Of a stretch of 64,000 bases of DNA, positions 37,066-49,666 are shown one piece after another; within the stretch, counting starts at the first letter, position 1; every line of letters begins with the position of its first letter. The notes beneath the pieces are model-generated. The model saw only the letters and a program-made list of their open reading frames with translations, was not told where the DNA came from and made no database searches. This DNA is from Squalus acanthias. Lineage: Eukaryota. The DNA lies in NCBI GenBank assembly GCA_030390025.1, contig CM059432.1:153266001-153330000 (forward strand), given 5' to 3'. The position numbers and the translations under genes are program-made.

Positions 37066-37684
37066 TGAAAAGGAAAAATTTGCAGGGCTATGGGGGAACG
37101 AGCGGGGGAGTAGGACTAATTGGATAGTTCTTTCAAAGAGCCGGCACACACACGATGGGCCGAAGGCTATTCTTCTGTGCTGTAAGATTCTATGATAATT
37201 TATATATTAATAAACGGAGTTATATCTAAAACTTGTGCAAAAAATTGGCATACTTACAATTAATATTTCATTATAGAATCTTGGCTCTGGGCTACATGCT
37301 AGGGAGTGTACACTTGCAAAATTGCCCTTATTGTTCTTAGCAAATAAGACAAAACATTTGTCCCAGAAGCAGAGACCTTAGTGCCATCTAGCCTGAAGCA
37401 GATGGCCTGTCTAGTCAATGGGCAGTCTGGTAATTCTGTGGTTGAACTCTGAGGTCATACGGATTATTATTCCTTCCCACTCAGAAGCTTTGTGCCATTT
37501 GGCTCCAAGATCATAGTGTTGGTTGTCTCTCACTGTATTATTTCAGCTAAGGGGCAGATTACTCATCTTAAGTGTACTAATGAAGCTGTACTCCACATAC
37601 CTTGAGAACATAGTGGGGCAATTTTCCTCGGATACTTTAAGCGCAAAAGAGCCTCCAAGGTGGCCATGATGGGGTCTTAAGTTG

Positions 37685-38540
37685 AAACATAAGAACATAA
37701 GAAATAGGAGCAGGAATAGGCCACTTGGCCCCTCGAGCCTGCTCCGCCATTCTATAAGATCATAGCTGATCTTGGGCTCAAAGCCACTTCCCTGCCCGCT
37801 CCCCATAACCCTTCACTCCCTTATCTTGTAAAAATCTGTCTATCTCTACCTTAAATGTATTTAATGACCCAGCCTCCACAGCTCTCTGGGGCAGAGAATT
37901 CCACAGATTTACAACCTTCTGAGAGAAAAAATTTCTCCTCATCTCAGTTCTAAAAGGGCGACCCTTTATTCTGAAATTATGCCCCCGAGTTCTAGATTTC
38001 CCCACGAGGGGAAACATCCTCTCTGCATCTACCTTGTCGAGCCCCCTCAGTATCTTATATGTTTCAATAAGATCACCTCTCATTCTTCTAAATTCCAATG
38101 AGTATAGGCCCACCCTGCTCAACCTTTCTTCATAAGTCAACCCCCTCATCTCTGGAATCAACCGAGTGAATCGTCTCTGAACTGCCCCCAATGCAAGTAT
38201 ATCCTTCCTTAAATAAGGAGAGAAAAACTGTACGCAGTACTCAAGGTGTGGTCTCACCAATACCCTGCACAGTTGTAGCAGGACTTCCTTGCTTTTATAC
38301 TCCAAGCCCCTTGAAATAAAGAGCAACATTCCATTTGCCTTTTTGATTACTTGCTGTACCTGCATGCTAACTTTTTGTGTTTCATGCACAAGGACCCCCA
38401 GGTCCCTCTGAACTGTAGCATTTTGTAATCACTCTCCATTTAAATAATAATTTGCTTTTTTATTTTTCCTGCCAAAGTGGATAACCTCGCACTTTCCCAC
38501 ATTATACTCCATCTGCCTAATGTTTGCCCACTCACTTAGC
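37685..38540 (-). mobile_element. CR1 3' fragment
   Basis: ORF 37778-38389 ORF2 C-terminus; aacataag tail. Confidence 0.9.
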
Positions 38541-38667
38541 TGGTTTAGCCCGCGTTTAGCGCAAGACGCATCTTGGTAAAGGAGTTGAAGCTTGCGTTAG
38601 GAATGGCTGCCGAGAGGATCATTCCACTTTATGAAGGTTATGCGAATCCTTATTCTCAAAAGATATA

Positions 38668-38769
38668 GGGGTAGATGTTGGTCCTCGTTGCTCCTGTTCT
38701 CCGATTCGGATGCACGCTGTCTGCGCGCCAGAGGTGATGAGCCCAAAAGCCATAACCAATTTCCACCCC
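38668..38769. mobile_element. 102-bp Harbinger-type mini-MITE
   Basis: GGGGTAGATGTTGGT / ACCAATTTCCACCCC imperfect TIR, TSD ATA. Confidence 0.6.
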
Positions 38770-38905
38770 ATAATCTCTTATAGAATGCATAGGAAATGTT
38801 GCAGGAAATCTTAATGTAGGAGGCACACATGGTCTCTTTTTTCTAAAATTACTTTCTCACCAATTCTGACACACACTCCATCACAATCCTTCTCATGTTT
38901 CCTCT

Positions 38906-41756
38906 TTTTTTTTATTCGTTCATGGGATGTGGGCGTCGCTGGCAAGGCCAGCATTTATTGCTCATCCCTAATTGCCCTTGAGAAGGTGGTGGTGGTGAGC
39001 CACCTTCTTGAACCGTTGCAGTCCGTGTGGTGAAGGTACTCCCACAGTGCTGTTAGGGAGGGAGTTCCAGGAATTTGACCCAGCGACGATGATCGGCGAT
39101 ATACTTCCAAGTCAGGATGGTGTGTGACTTGGAGGGGTACTTGGAGGTGCTGGTGTTCCCATGAGCCTGCTGCCCTTGTCCTTCTAGGTGGTAGAGGTCG
39201 CGGGTTTGGGAGGTGGTGCCAAAGAAGCCTTGGCGAGTTGCTGCAGTGCATCTTGTAGATACACACTGCAGCCACGGTACGCCGGTGGTAGAGGGAGTGA
39301 ATGTTTAAGGTGGTGGATGGGGTGCCAATCAAGCGGGCTGCTTTGTCCTGGATGGTGTCGAGCTTCTTGAGTGCTGTTGGAGCTGCATTTATCCAGGCAA
39401 GTGGAGAGTATTCCATCACACTCCTGACTTGTGCCTTGCAGATGGTGGAAAGGCTTTGGGGAGTCAGGAGGTGAGACACTCACCGCAGAATACCCAGCCT
39501 CTGACCTGCTCTTGTTGCCACAGTATTTATGAGGCTGCTCCAGTTAAGTTCTGGTCAATGGTGACCCCCAGGATGTTGATGGTGGGAGATTCGGCGATGG
39601 TAATGCCGTTGAATGTCAAGGGGCGGTGATTAGACTCTCGCTTGTTGGAGATAGTCACTGCCTGGCACTTGTGTGGCGCGAATGTTACCTGCCATTTATC
39701 AGCCCAAGCCTGAATGTCGTCCAGGTCTTGTTGCATGCGGGCATGAACTGCTTCATTATCTGAGGAGTTGCAAATTGCACTGAACACTGTGCAGTCATCA
39801 GCGACCATCCCCATTTCTGACCTTATGTTGGAGGGAAGGTCATTGATGAAGCAGCTGAAGATGGTTGGGCCTAGGACACTGGCCTGAGGAACTCCTGCAG
39901 CGATGTCCTGGGGCTGTGATAATTGACCTTCAATCACCACAACCATCTTCGTTTGTGCTAGGTATGACTCCAGCCGGTGGAGAGTTTTCCCCCTGATTCC
40001 CATTGACTTCAGTTTTACTAGGGCTCCTTGATGCCACACTCGGTCAAATGCTGCCTTGATGTCAAGGGCAGTGACTCTCACCTCACCTCTGGAATTCAGC
40101 TCCTTTGTCCATGTTTGGACCAAGGCTGTAGTGAGGTCTGGAGCTGAGTGGTCCTGGTGGAACACAAACTGGGCATCAGTGAGCAGGTTATTGGTGAGTA
40201 AATGTCGCTTGATAGCACTGTCGATGACACCTTCCATCACTTTGCTGATGATTGTGAGTAGAGTGATGGGGTGGTAATTGGCCGGATTGGATTTGTCCTG
40301 CTTTTTGTGGACAGGACATTCCTGGGCAGTTTTCCACGTTGTCGGATAGATGCCAGTGTTGTAGCTGTACTGGAACAGCTTGGCTAGAGGCATGGCTAGT
40401 TTTGGAGGACAAATCTTCAGCACGACAGCCGGGATATTGTCGGGGCCCATAGCCTTTGCTGTATCCAGTGCACTCAGCCGTTTCTTGACATCACGTGGAG
40501 TGAATCAAATTGGCTGAAGACTGGCTTCTGTGATGGTGGGGACCTCAGGAGGAGGCCGATATGGATCATCCACTCGGCACTTCTGGCTGAAGTTGGTTGC
40601 AAATACCTCAGCCTTGTCTTTTGCACTCACGTGCTGGGCTCCATCATCATTGAGGATGGGGATATTCATGGAGCCTCCTCCTCCCGTTAGTTGTTTAATG
40701 GTCCACCAACATTCAAGACTGGATGTGGCAGGACTGCCGAGCTTTGATCTGATCCGTTGATTGTGGGATCGCTTAGCCCTGTCTATAGCATGCTGCTTCC
40801 GTCTTTTAGCATGCATGTAGTCCTGTGTTGCAGCTTCCCCAGGTTGGCACATCAATTTTAGGTACGCCTGGTGCTGCTCCTGGCATGCTCTTCTACACTC
40901 CTTATTGAACCAGGGTTGGTCCCCTGGCTTGATGGTAATGGTAGAGTGAGGGATATGCCGGGCCATGAGGTTACAGATTGTGGTGGAATACAATTCTGCT
41001 GCTGCTGATGGCCCACAGCGCCTCATGGATGCCCAGTTTTGAGCTGCTAGATCTGTTCTGAATCTATTTAGCACGGCGGTAGTGCCACACAACACGATGG
41101 AGGGTGTCCTCAGTGTGAAGACAGGACTTCGTCTCCACAAGGACTGTGCGGTTGTCACTGCTACCAATACTGTCATGGACAGATGCATCTGCGACAGGTG
41201 GATTGGTGAGGACGAGGTCAAGTAGGTTTTTCCCCTCGTGTTGGTGGTTCTCACCACCTGTCGCAGGCCCAGACTGGCAGTTATGTCCTTCAGGACTCGG
41301 CCAGCTCGGTCAGTAGTGGTGCTACTGAGCCACTCTTGGTGATGGACATTGAAGTCTCCCACCCAGAGTACATTCTGGGCTGGGTGTGCTGTTGTCGTGT
41401 CTGAGGTCGATGCCGAGTGGTCCGTCCGGTTTGTTACAACTGAGTGGCTTGCTAGGCCATTTCAGAGGGCAGTTAAGAGTCAACCACATTGCTGTGGGTC
41501 TGGAGTCACATATAGGCCAGACCAGGTAAGGACGGCAGATTTCCTTCCCTAAAGGACATTAGTGAATCAGATGGGTTTTTACGACAATCCAGTAGTTTTA
41601 TGGTCACCATTACTGACACTAGCTTTTTATTCCAGATTTATTTAATGAACTGAATTTAAATTCCCCAGCGGCCGTGGTGGGATTTGAACTCACGTCTCTG
41701 GATCTTTAGTCCAGGCCTCTGGATTACTAGCCCAGTAACATGCTACCATTCCCGGT
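38906..41756 (-). mobile_element. LINE family B, 5'-complete copy 1: tRNA-like head + APE-RT + poly(A)
   Basis: B box at 41691-41679; GDFNVHH, GPDNIP, LDIKAAFDRVWH, GVPQASVLGP, VADD; ~400-bp deletion at ~41377; 10-bp TSD tgtttcctct (38896, 41757). Confidence 0.9.
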
Positions 41757-42085
41757 TGTTTCCTCTATGTGGTCCTATCCTTCCGCACTCTCTCTCACAC
41801 ACACCTCACTATCCTTTCTCCCCTTTTGATCTTTTTCTCTCTTACTTTCACTTTCTCTACTCCCCATCCGACAGGCAGACGCGAGTATCCATTGCTGTCG
41901 CTAGTGATGCAGCCAGGACAGTTTTCTCTTCCCCTGCTTCAATAAGGAAACAGTTGCTATCCTAATATCATCCCATACTGCAATACAGCTGGCAGAACTC
42001 CAACACTGTCGACTGCAGAAAATATTTATTATTTCACCAACCAGTAATTCATACCATGTGCACGTGTAAGCATGATCTTAATTAT

Positions 42086-42685
42086 TGGCTAGAAGCAAGG
42101 AAGTTATGCTAAACTTTTATAAATCACTGGTTTGGTCTCAGCTGGAGTATTGTGTCCAATTCTGGGCACCAGACTTTAGGAAGGATGTCAAGGCCTTGGA
42201 GAGGGTGCAGAGGACATTTACTGGAATAATACCAGGGATGAGGGACTTCAATTATGTGGAGGGACTGGAGAAACTAGGAATGTTCGCCTTGGAGCAGAGA
42301 AGGTTAAGGGGAGATTCAAAAGTGCGGTTCAAAATTATGAGGGGTTTTGATAGAGTAAATAAGGAGAAACTGTTTCCACTGGTGGGTAGGTCAATAACTA
42401 GAGTACACAGATTTAAGGTAATTGACAAAAGAACCAGAGGGGAGATGAGAAGAATTTTTTATGCAGCGAGTTGTTGTGATCTGGAATGCGCTGTCTGGAA
42501 GGGCGGTGGAAGCAGATTCAATAGTAACTTTGAAAAGTGAATTGGATAAATACTTGAAAAAGGAAAAAGTTGCAGGGCTGTGGGGAAAGAGAGGGTGAGT
42601 AGGACTAATTGGATAGTTCTACCAAAGAGTCGGCACAGGCATGATGGGCCAAATGGCCCCCTTCAGTGCTGTATCACTCTATGAT
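42086..42685 (+). mobile_element. CR1 3' fragment
   Basis: YKSLVWSQLEYCVQFWAP..LEQRRLRGD; ctctatgat tail. Confidence 0.9.
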
Positions 42686-42774
42686 TGGCAGAATCAGCTC
42701 TGAAATGTCAGGCAGGAGGCAGGAATTGTTTAGCTGCTAAATCAAAATTCTTTCTTATCTTTTAAAACATAATT

Positions 42775-43688
42775 GGGGTATAAATTCACCTTCGGTAGTG
42801 GCGCTATATACATAGATACATAGAAGATAGGAGCAGGAGTAGGCCATCCGGCCCTTCGAGCCTGCTCCGCCATTTAATGAGATCATGGCTGATCCTCCAA
42901 TTCAGTATCCCGTCCCCGCCTTCTCTCCGTAACCCTTAACCCCTTTTGCCTGTAGAAATATATCTAATTCCCTCTTAAATATATTTAATGAGCTGGCGTA
43001 CACTGCCCTCTGTGGCAATGAGTTCCACAGGTTCACCACCCTCTGAGTGAAGAAATTCCCCCTCATTTCTGTCCTAAATGGTTTAGCCCTTATCCTTAAA
43101 TTATGTCCTCTAGTTCTGTTCTCACCCGCCAAGGGAAACATCCCTTCTGCATCTAGTCTGTCTAGACCTGTCAGAATTTTATACACTTCTATGAGGTCCC
43201 CTCTCAATCTTCTAAACTCCAGTGTGTACATCCCTAAACTACATAGTCTCTCCTCATAGGTCAATCCCGCCATTCCTGGTATCAGCCTGGTGAATCGCTG
43301 CTGCACCCCCTCCATGGCAAGAACATCTTTCCTCAGATGAGGCGACCAAAACTGTACACAGTACTCGAGGTGTGGTCTCACCAGTGCCCTGTACAGCTGC
43401 AGCAAGGTATCCCTGTTCCTGTATTCCAACCCTTTTGCTATGAAGGCCAGCATACCGTTTGCCTTCTTGATCGCCTGTTGCACCTGCATGCTCGCCTTCA
43501 GTGACTGGTGTACAAGAACACCCAGGTCTCTCTGTACTTCCCCCTCTCCCAATTTATTGCCATTTAAATAATAATAATTTGCCCTCCCGTTCCTGCACCC
43601 AAGGTGATAGCAACTCGGCAGCTCATTTTGCACTCTGCTTGATTTTCTTTTCCAATTTGCACTACCACCCAAGACGCATTTATACCCC
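42775..43688. mobile_element. Short MITE with 11-bp TIR, interrupted by CR1
   Basis: GGGGTATAAAT at 42775 and ATTTATACCCC ending 43688; no clear TSD. Confidence 0.6.
42813..43608 (-). mobile_element. CR1 3' fragment
   Basis: ORF 42902-43672 LVRPHLEYCVQFWSP..FFTQRVVNLWNSLP; tacataga tail. Confidence 0.9.
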
Positions 43689-44574
43689 GATAATTCATTC
43701 TAAAGGCACAGCCAACCACGGTGTCTTGTTACTTTCATTTTTACGCATATACATTGAGGTAGAGGAGGTTATCAGGAATAACAAACAACAATAATGGGCT
43801 GGGGGGGGGGGTGAGGGGGGGTTTTGCCTCTGTTAAATATAGCAGAGAAAGGAATTTGATCTGAATGCATGAAGCATCTGTACGGTAACGTCTCCCACGG
43901 TAACCTCCAGTCCAATGAGCAAAGGATTCAGATAGCTTGTGGCGCTCCAACGGTCTGTGCTCAATGTGATTAGCAGATGACTTGTCAACTCAGCCTTCAG
44001 CAGGGGCATGCGACCAGGAGCACATTGATAGGTGGCTGTCTCTGGACGGAGCAAGCCCATGTAGCTCAACAGGGCAGGCAATCCTTGGCACACACTTCAA
44101 ACTGTCCGGATCTGCCACGGGTTGGAGTCAGGGGCCAGCTGAATAAAAAGCTCCGGAAGCCTCCGCGGACTCACGGGTTTCCTCAGCTTGTTATACTCGC
44201 TGTTATGATTTTGCAACAAATAACAACAGAGGGAATCATTCCTGTTGAGGTGTGAATGTTTTTGGATGGGACTGTACCTACTGGGGCCATCCTCCCTCAA
44301 ACAAGAATGTGCTTGTGTCACTCCATTAAAGAAGTTAACAGTATTTGCAGGACCTCATCATTAAATCAGGATTTTGTCATTTGTCATTACCAAAGATAAC
44401 TGTGTACTCCACTGCTGGATTATCAAACCTTTTGATAGTAAATAATCAAGCCACTCCATAGTTGTTTCATAAGTGTTAAAGGATCATTACTACAGAGGTG
44501 TTGCAATGCCTGGTATTCTTTTGTTGCTGCTAATGAAATAGTGCGTTTCAAAGCCGTGTGCACTTTGCTAACAG

Positions 44575-45760
44575 TTTACATAGATTTACATAGAATGTAC
44601 AGCACAGAAACAGGCCATTCGGCCCAACAGGTCTATGCTGGTGTTTATGCTCTACACGAGCCTCCTCCCACCCTACTTCATCTAACCCTATCAGCATATC
44701 CTTCTATTCCTTTCTCCCTCATGTTCTTATCTAACTTCCCCTTAAATGCATCTATGCTAGTCGCCTCAACTACTCCTTGTGGTAGCAAGTTCCACATTCA
44801 CTCACTGAGTAAAGACGTTTCTCCTGAATTCCCGATTGGATTTATTAGTGACTATCATATATTTATGGCCCCTTATTTTGGACTCTGCCACAAGAGGAAA
44901 AATCTTCTCTATGTCTGCCCTATCAAACCCAATCATAATTTTAAAGACCTCTATAAATTCACCCCTCAGCCTTCTCTTTTCTAGAGAAAAGAGCCCAGCC
45001 TGTTCAGTCTTTCCTGATAGATATAACCTCTCAGTTCTGGTATCATACCTGTAAATGTTTCTTGCATCTTCTCCAGTGCCTCTATATCCTTTTTGTAATA
45101 TGGAGACCAGAACTGTGCACAGTGCTCCAAGTGTGGTCTAACCAAGGTATATGGAGACCAGAACTGTTCACAGTGCTCCAAGTGCGGTCTAACCAAGGTA
45201 TATGGAGACCAGAACTGTGCACAGTGCTCCAAGTGTGGTCTAACCAAGGTATATGGAGACCAGAACTGTGCACAGTGCTCCAAGTGCGGTCTAACCAAGG
45301 TATATGGAGACCAGAACTGTGCACAGTGCTACAAGTGCGGTCTGACCAAGGTATATGGAGACCAGAACTGTGCACAGTGCTCCAAGTGCGGTCTAACCAA
45401 GGTATATGGAGACCAGAACTGTGCACAGTGCTCCAAGTGCGGTCTAACCAATGTTCGATACAAGTTTAACATAACTTCTCTGCTTTTGAATTCTTTTTCT
45501 CTAGAAATTAACCCCAGTGCTTTGTTTGCATTTTTATGGTCTTTTTAGCCTGCATCGCTACTTTTAATGATTTATGAATCTGTTCCACTAGATCTCTTTG
45601 CTCCTCTGCCCCATTTAGACTCTTATATTCCAAGGAGTATGTGGCCTTCTTATTCCTCTTACCAAAATGCACCACCTCACACTTATCTATATTGAAATTT
45701 ATTTGCCATTTACACACCCATTCTGCAAGTTTATTAACGTCTTGTATTTTGCCACAATTT
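44575..45760 (-). mobile_element. CR1 3' fragment containing an internal minisatellite
   Basis: KWQINFNIDKCEVVHFG..; tttacataga tail. Confidence 0.9.
45098..45451. repeat. 51-bp x7 minisatellite derived from CR1 ORF2
   Basis: Unit encodes YTLVRPHLEHCAQFWSP on the minus strand. Confidence 0.95.
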
Positions 45761-46229
45761 TGCTAATCACAGAGAAAAACAAGCTTTTGTTTTATTTTAC
45801 TGTAAGAGAAGAATGTCATATCGGGTGCATTTTCGCCATTATGTTGGAATACCATGAGCCTAAGCTACCACAGCAGTGCTTGTATGTTTAATAATCTCAC
45901 AATGATAATAACAGGTAAATTCACTAGTGAAATACTCCTAATAGGACTATAACATTATCCTGCCAATCCTCTGACCCGTACTACCTACAGGCGCAGCTCC
46001 CCGCTGGGAGAGTGGGATTGGGGAATTTACCCACGAGTTGTGTCCTGCTACCTAGTTTGCCACCAGATGTTTTGTGTCCGTATAATGCTCAGATCAGACC
46101 GGATAAAATCGCAGTTGCCTCTATCCATATTTCTGACCAATATACTTTTGCTATAGGTATAGAATAGCAGACACTGACATCTTTAGCTTTCATTGTGCTT
46201 CTGAGTCTGTCACAAAGGCGTTTGCTGCT

Positions 46230-46931
46230 GGCACAGAAGTAAGCTGTGGTGAGAATTTCAGGTTTTCTGACACGTAGTTGAAATCAACGCAACTTAATGG
46301 GGATCCCCTAGTGCGAGCTGCTGTGACGTCAACAAGCTGTCTGAGCAGCCAATCAAAACGCAGAATTCTCACAGACAGCGAACCAGGAAGCGGGTAAGCT
46401 CCTTTGATTCTAACTTTTTTTAAATGTTAGAGAGAGCAAAACAAAGACTGGGGCTCTCACATGGGGAAAAGACAAACCTGAAATAAAGATGAACAAACTT
46501 ATTAAAAAATTTAGGTTTTTTCAGGTTTCTTAAAAATTTTAATTTTTATTAAAATGGGTAAATTTGACAATCCACAAAATTAAAATTAGTTTTTCAGGGC
46601 AATAACCTTTGTTTAGCAGTCAATGCCCCAGTTACACCTAATCCAAAAGGGTCTAACTTTTAATGGGGTATTTAACAGCGGTATTACTGCAGAAGAGCTG
46701 AAGTTTTCGTCAGTTTCCATGATTTGAGAGATTTCACTGATTGCCGGCTCTGGGGGTGGGGGAGCGGGGCAAAGCGCAGCCAGTGTCGGAGCAGGGAATG
46801 ACAGGCCGCAACTTCAGGATTTCCGCGTTGGGCTGAGCATGCACTAAGTCCTGAAGTCGCCGTCAGTTTCAAAGGCGAAATGACGGCAAACGCTGCCAGT
46901 GTGCCATCATCAGGACCGCAAATTCCGGGCC
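46230..46931. mobile_element. Probable non-autonomous Harbinger-type element (right end only)
   Basis: CpG-rich, ends gcaaattccgggcc resembling other AAATT..GGCC/CCCC termini; left end not found. Confidence 0.4.
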
Positions 46932-47199
46932 ATTAGTTGCTGAGCATTAAAGACAAGAACAATTGGAAAGATTTTATGCTGGTAACTAGGATTTTGCTTT
47001 TAGTCCTGATGTTTGAATCAGGAATTCTATACAAGAGTGAATGGGAAGGGGGTTTGGTGCACCACAATTTTATACTTAAGGAAATAGTAATCTTGGTCAG
47101 GTGTATGTACATCTGGAGACATCTCTGCAAATGTAGCTTCCAGCTGAGTGAAACAATGGAGCTGTCTCTATAGAGAACAAAATCAGAATGTAATACCAT

Positions 47200-47575
47200 G
47201 TGTCCAACCTCCAAGAATTCTTTGAAGAAATACCAGAGAGGATGGATAAAGGAAATGCAGTGGATATGGTTTATATGGATTTTCAAAAAGCATCTGATAA
47301 TGTGCTTCTAGAAAAGATAATGACAAATGGAATTAAGGGAAATATGGCCACACGTATAAAGATAGCTAAAGAACAATAGGCTGCTCTTAATTCTTATATA
47401 CATTTAAATAATCTGGATTTAGGACTTGAGGGAACAGTATTGAAATATGTGATGACACCAATTTGGGTTATGGACGGTGAGCTAATACAGGAGGACATAG
47501 ATAAGCTAACGGGATGGACAAATAGGTAGCAATTCAATATAGAAAGATATGAAGTTATACATTTTGGAAGTAAAG
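47200..47575 (+). mobile_element. Highly degenerate CR1 RT fragment
   Basis: EFFEE..VDMVYMDFQKA, KYVMTP (FADD region), EVIHFG remnants. Confidence 0.65.
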
Positions 47576-47579
47576 ATCG

Positions 47580-47743
47580 GGAAAGTTGGTCGGGGATGGT
47601 AAATCTGACGGTATTGGATCGGCCACCCGTTATATAACCTGCTCGATTGAAGTCAATGGAAAGGAAAATTGGGTAGGGTGCATAAGGGGCGGATGAACTA
47701 ATACCGTCAGTTTTACACCCCAGGCAAAGGTGAAAGTTCGGCC
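47580..47743. mobile_element. Small palindromic MITE-like element
   Basis: gtaaatctgacggtatt / aataccgtcagttttac inverted arms around ttgaagtcaatgg; right end aaagttcggcc. Confidence 0.6.
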
Positions 47744-47971
47744 TATGGTGTTTGGGCTCAGAGAGAACGGGCAGGACAGGGCTGGGACTCAGCTTTGGAG
47801 GGAGTGGGGAAGATGGGGCAAGGGATAAGATAGATACAAAGAAACAGTTGGGCCAGAAGTGGAAGGATTGGTTCCTGGTATCCACGAGCTGCACCTTCAG
47901 AGCTGCACTGGAAAGGGAGATTGGTTACATTCCTGGTCTCACTGGGAGAGGTTGTGTGAGGAACTGGCTTT

Positions 47972-48648
47972 TGCACTCGGGGTCACCCCCAGGCAGGGAG
48001 CTGGTCACTGCACTCGGGGTCACCCCCAGGCAGGGAGCTGGTCACTGCACTCGGGGTCACCCCCAGGCAGGGAGCTGGTCACTGCACTCGGGGTCATCCC
48101 CAGGCAGGGAGCTGGTCACTGCACTCGGGGTCACCCCCAGGCAGGGAGCTGGTCACTGCGCTCGGGGTCACCCCCAGGCAGGGAGCTGGTCACTGCACTC
48201 GGGGTCACCCCCAGGCAGGGAGCTGGTCACTGCACTCGGGGTCATCCCCAGGCAGGGAGCTGGTCACTGCACTCGGGGTCACCCCCAGGCAGGGAGCTGG
48301 TCACTGCACTCGGGGTCGGCCCAGGCAGGGAGCTGGTCACTGTCCCACGATCGGCCCAGGCAGGGAGCTGGTCACTGCACTCAGGGTCGGCCTAGGCAAG
48401 GAGCTGGTCACTGCACTCGGGGTCACCCCCAGGCAGGGAGCTGGTCACTGGCCCACGGTCGGCCCAGGCAGGGAGCTGGTCACTGCACTCAGGGTCGGCC
48501 TAGGCAGGGAGCTGGTCACTGCACTCGGGGTCACACCCAGGCAGGGAGCTGGTCACTGGCCCACGGTCGGCCCAGGCAGGGAGCTGGTCACTGGCCCACG
48601 GTCGGCCTAGGCAGGGAGCTGGTCACTGCACTTGGGGTCGGCCCAGGC
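47972..48648. repeat. GC-rich minisatellite, ~18.5 units of 37/36/35 bp
   Basis: tgcactcggggtcacccccaggcagggagctggtcac x9, then shorter variants. Confidence 0.95.
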
Positions 48649-48835
48649 ATTTCCGCTAGCTTCAGTCTTCCTCCCTCAACATCACAGAAACATCTAGGCC
48701 TGAACAGCACTATTAGCTGAGAATTTTTAATTTAATAGCTTAAACTGTATGACATGCTGGAAAATGAAATCTTTTTGATATTTCTGCCTGGTTGTCACAG
48801 TACATTCTAGAATTCCACAGCAGCAGGGTGAAAAC

Positions 48836-49057
48836 CAATGTTCCTGCTAAGGTGCGACGCGTGCGGCCACGCAGTAATCTGCAAGATCCTGCACAGGCCG
48901 CTCACCGGCTTTTACACTGTAAATACCGCGCATGCATAGAAATTTAAAGGGACCGCACGTTAAAAGAAACAGGCCGCGCAGAACATCTTGTAGCTCCGCC
49001 TTCCGGCCAGCAGCCAGTCAGATGGACTGCCTGACCATCATGCGATAGGGAACACTA
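48836..49057. mobile_element. hAT-type MITE relative (partial)
   Basis: Starts CAATGTTCC; shares ggccgctcaccggctttt and tttaaagggaccgc with 56633/30080 elements. Confidence 0.55.
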
Positions 49058-49666
49058 GCGGCAGGAAGCCACAGCTGGGGACCCTTGGGCCCCTGCAGTC
49101 GCAACTGAGAGTCCAGGAAGGTGCGCTGCCCACCTGATTCTAGGGTAAAGGAAAACTCAGAGCAACTGGAGATGAACTGGAAGGAAGCTCGGGAGGGTGG
49201 GGAGGTCTTAAATTGGGAGGGATGGGGAGGGGAGGCTGGAGGTCAGGGCTGGGGGAGGCCAAAGACTTCCTTGGGGGTCCGGGGGAGCACTTCTGCTCCT
49301 CCTGGCCCACAAGGAGTGCTGAAAGAGCTACTTACTGCCTCGGTTCAGCTGCCAGTAATCCCACAGCTTAGGCCTCCACCTTGCTTTCTGTTAATTTTAA
49401 GACTTTAATATGGTAATTAGGCACCCACCTGGCTTTTGCAGGAGCCTCGTCCGTGCTCTGAATTATGTACTTTAAAATTTAAAGAGGCAGGAATGAGGTC
49501 AGGTTGCCCAAACCCAATATTTTATACCCCTTCCCCAAACCTCACCCGCTTGTCATGCGGGGTGGGTCGGGGGGGTAGGGTGGTAGGGGTCGATGGTTTA
49601 AAATCGAGACCACAATTTCTGCTCACGATCTTGATCTTTATGATCTTTTCTACCTAATTTTCATAT

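Larger units (their letters stand above)
35410..37197 (+). mobile_element. CR1 3' fragment split by a younger CR1 (halves 35410-35493 and 37066-37197)
   Basis: Halves join into the sequence seen intact at 42480-42685. Confidence 0.75.

Noticed and set aside
20200..48648. Tandem arrays as CRISPR arrays
   Set aside because: Units are contiguous with no unique spacers, there are no cas genes, and the context is vertebrate.
47752..48720. 322-aa repetitive ORF
   Set aside because: Read-through of a GC-rich 37-bp minisatellite cycling through all three frames.
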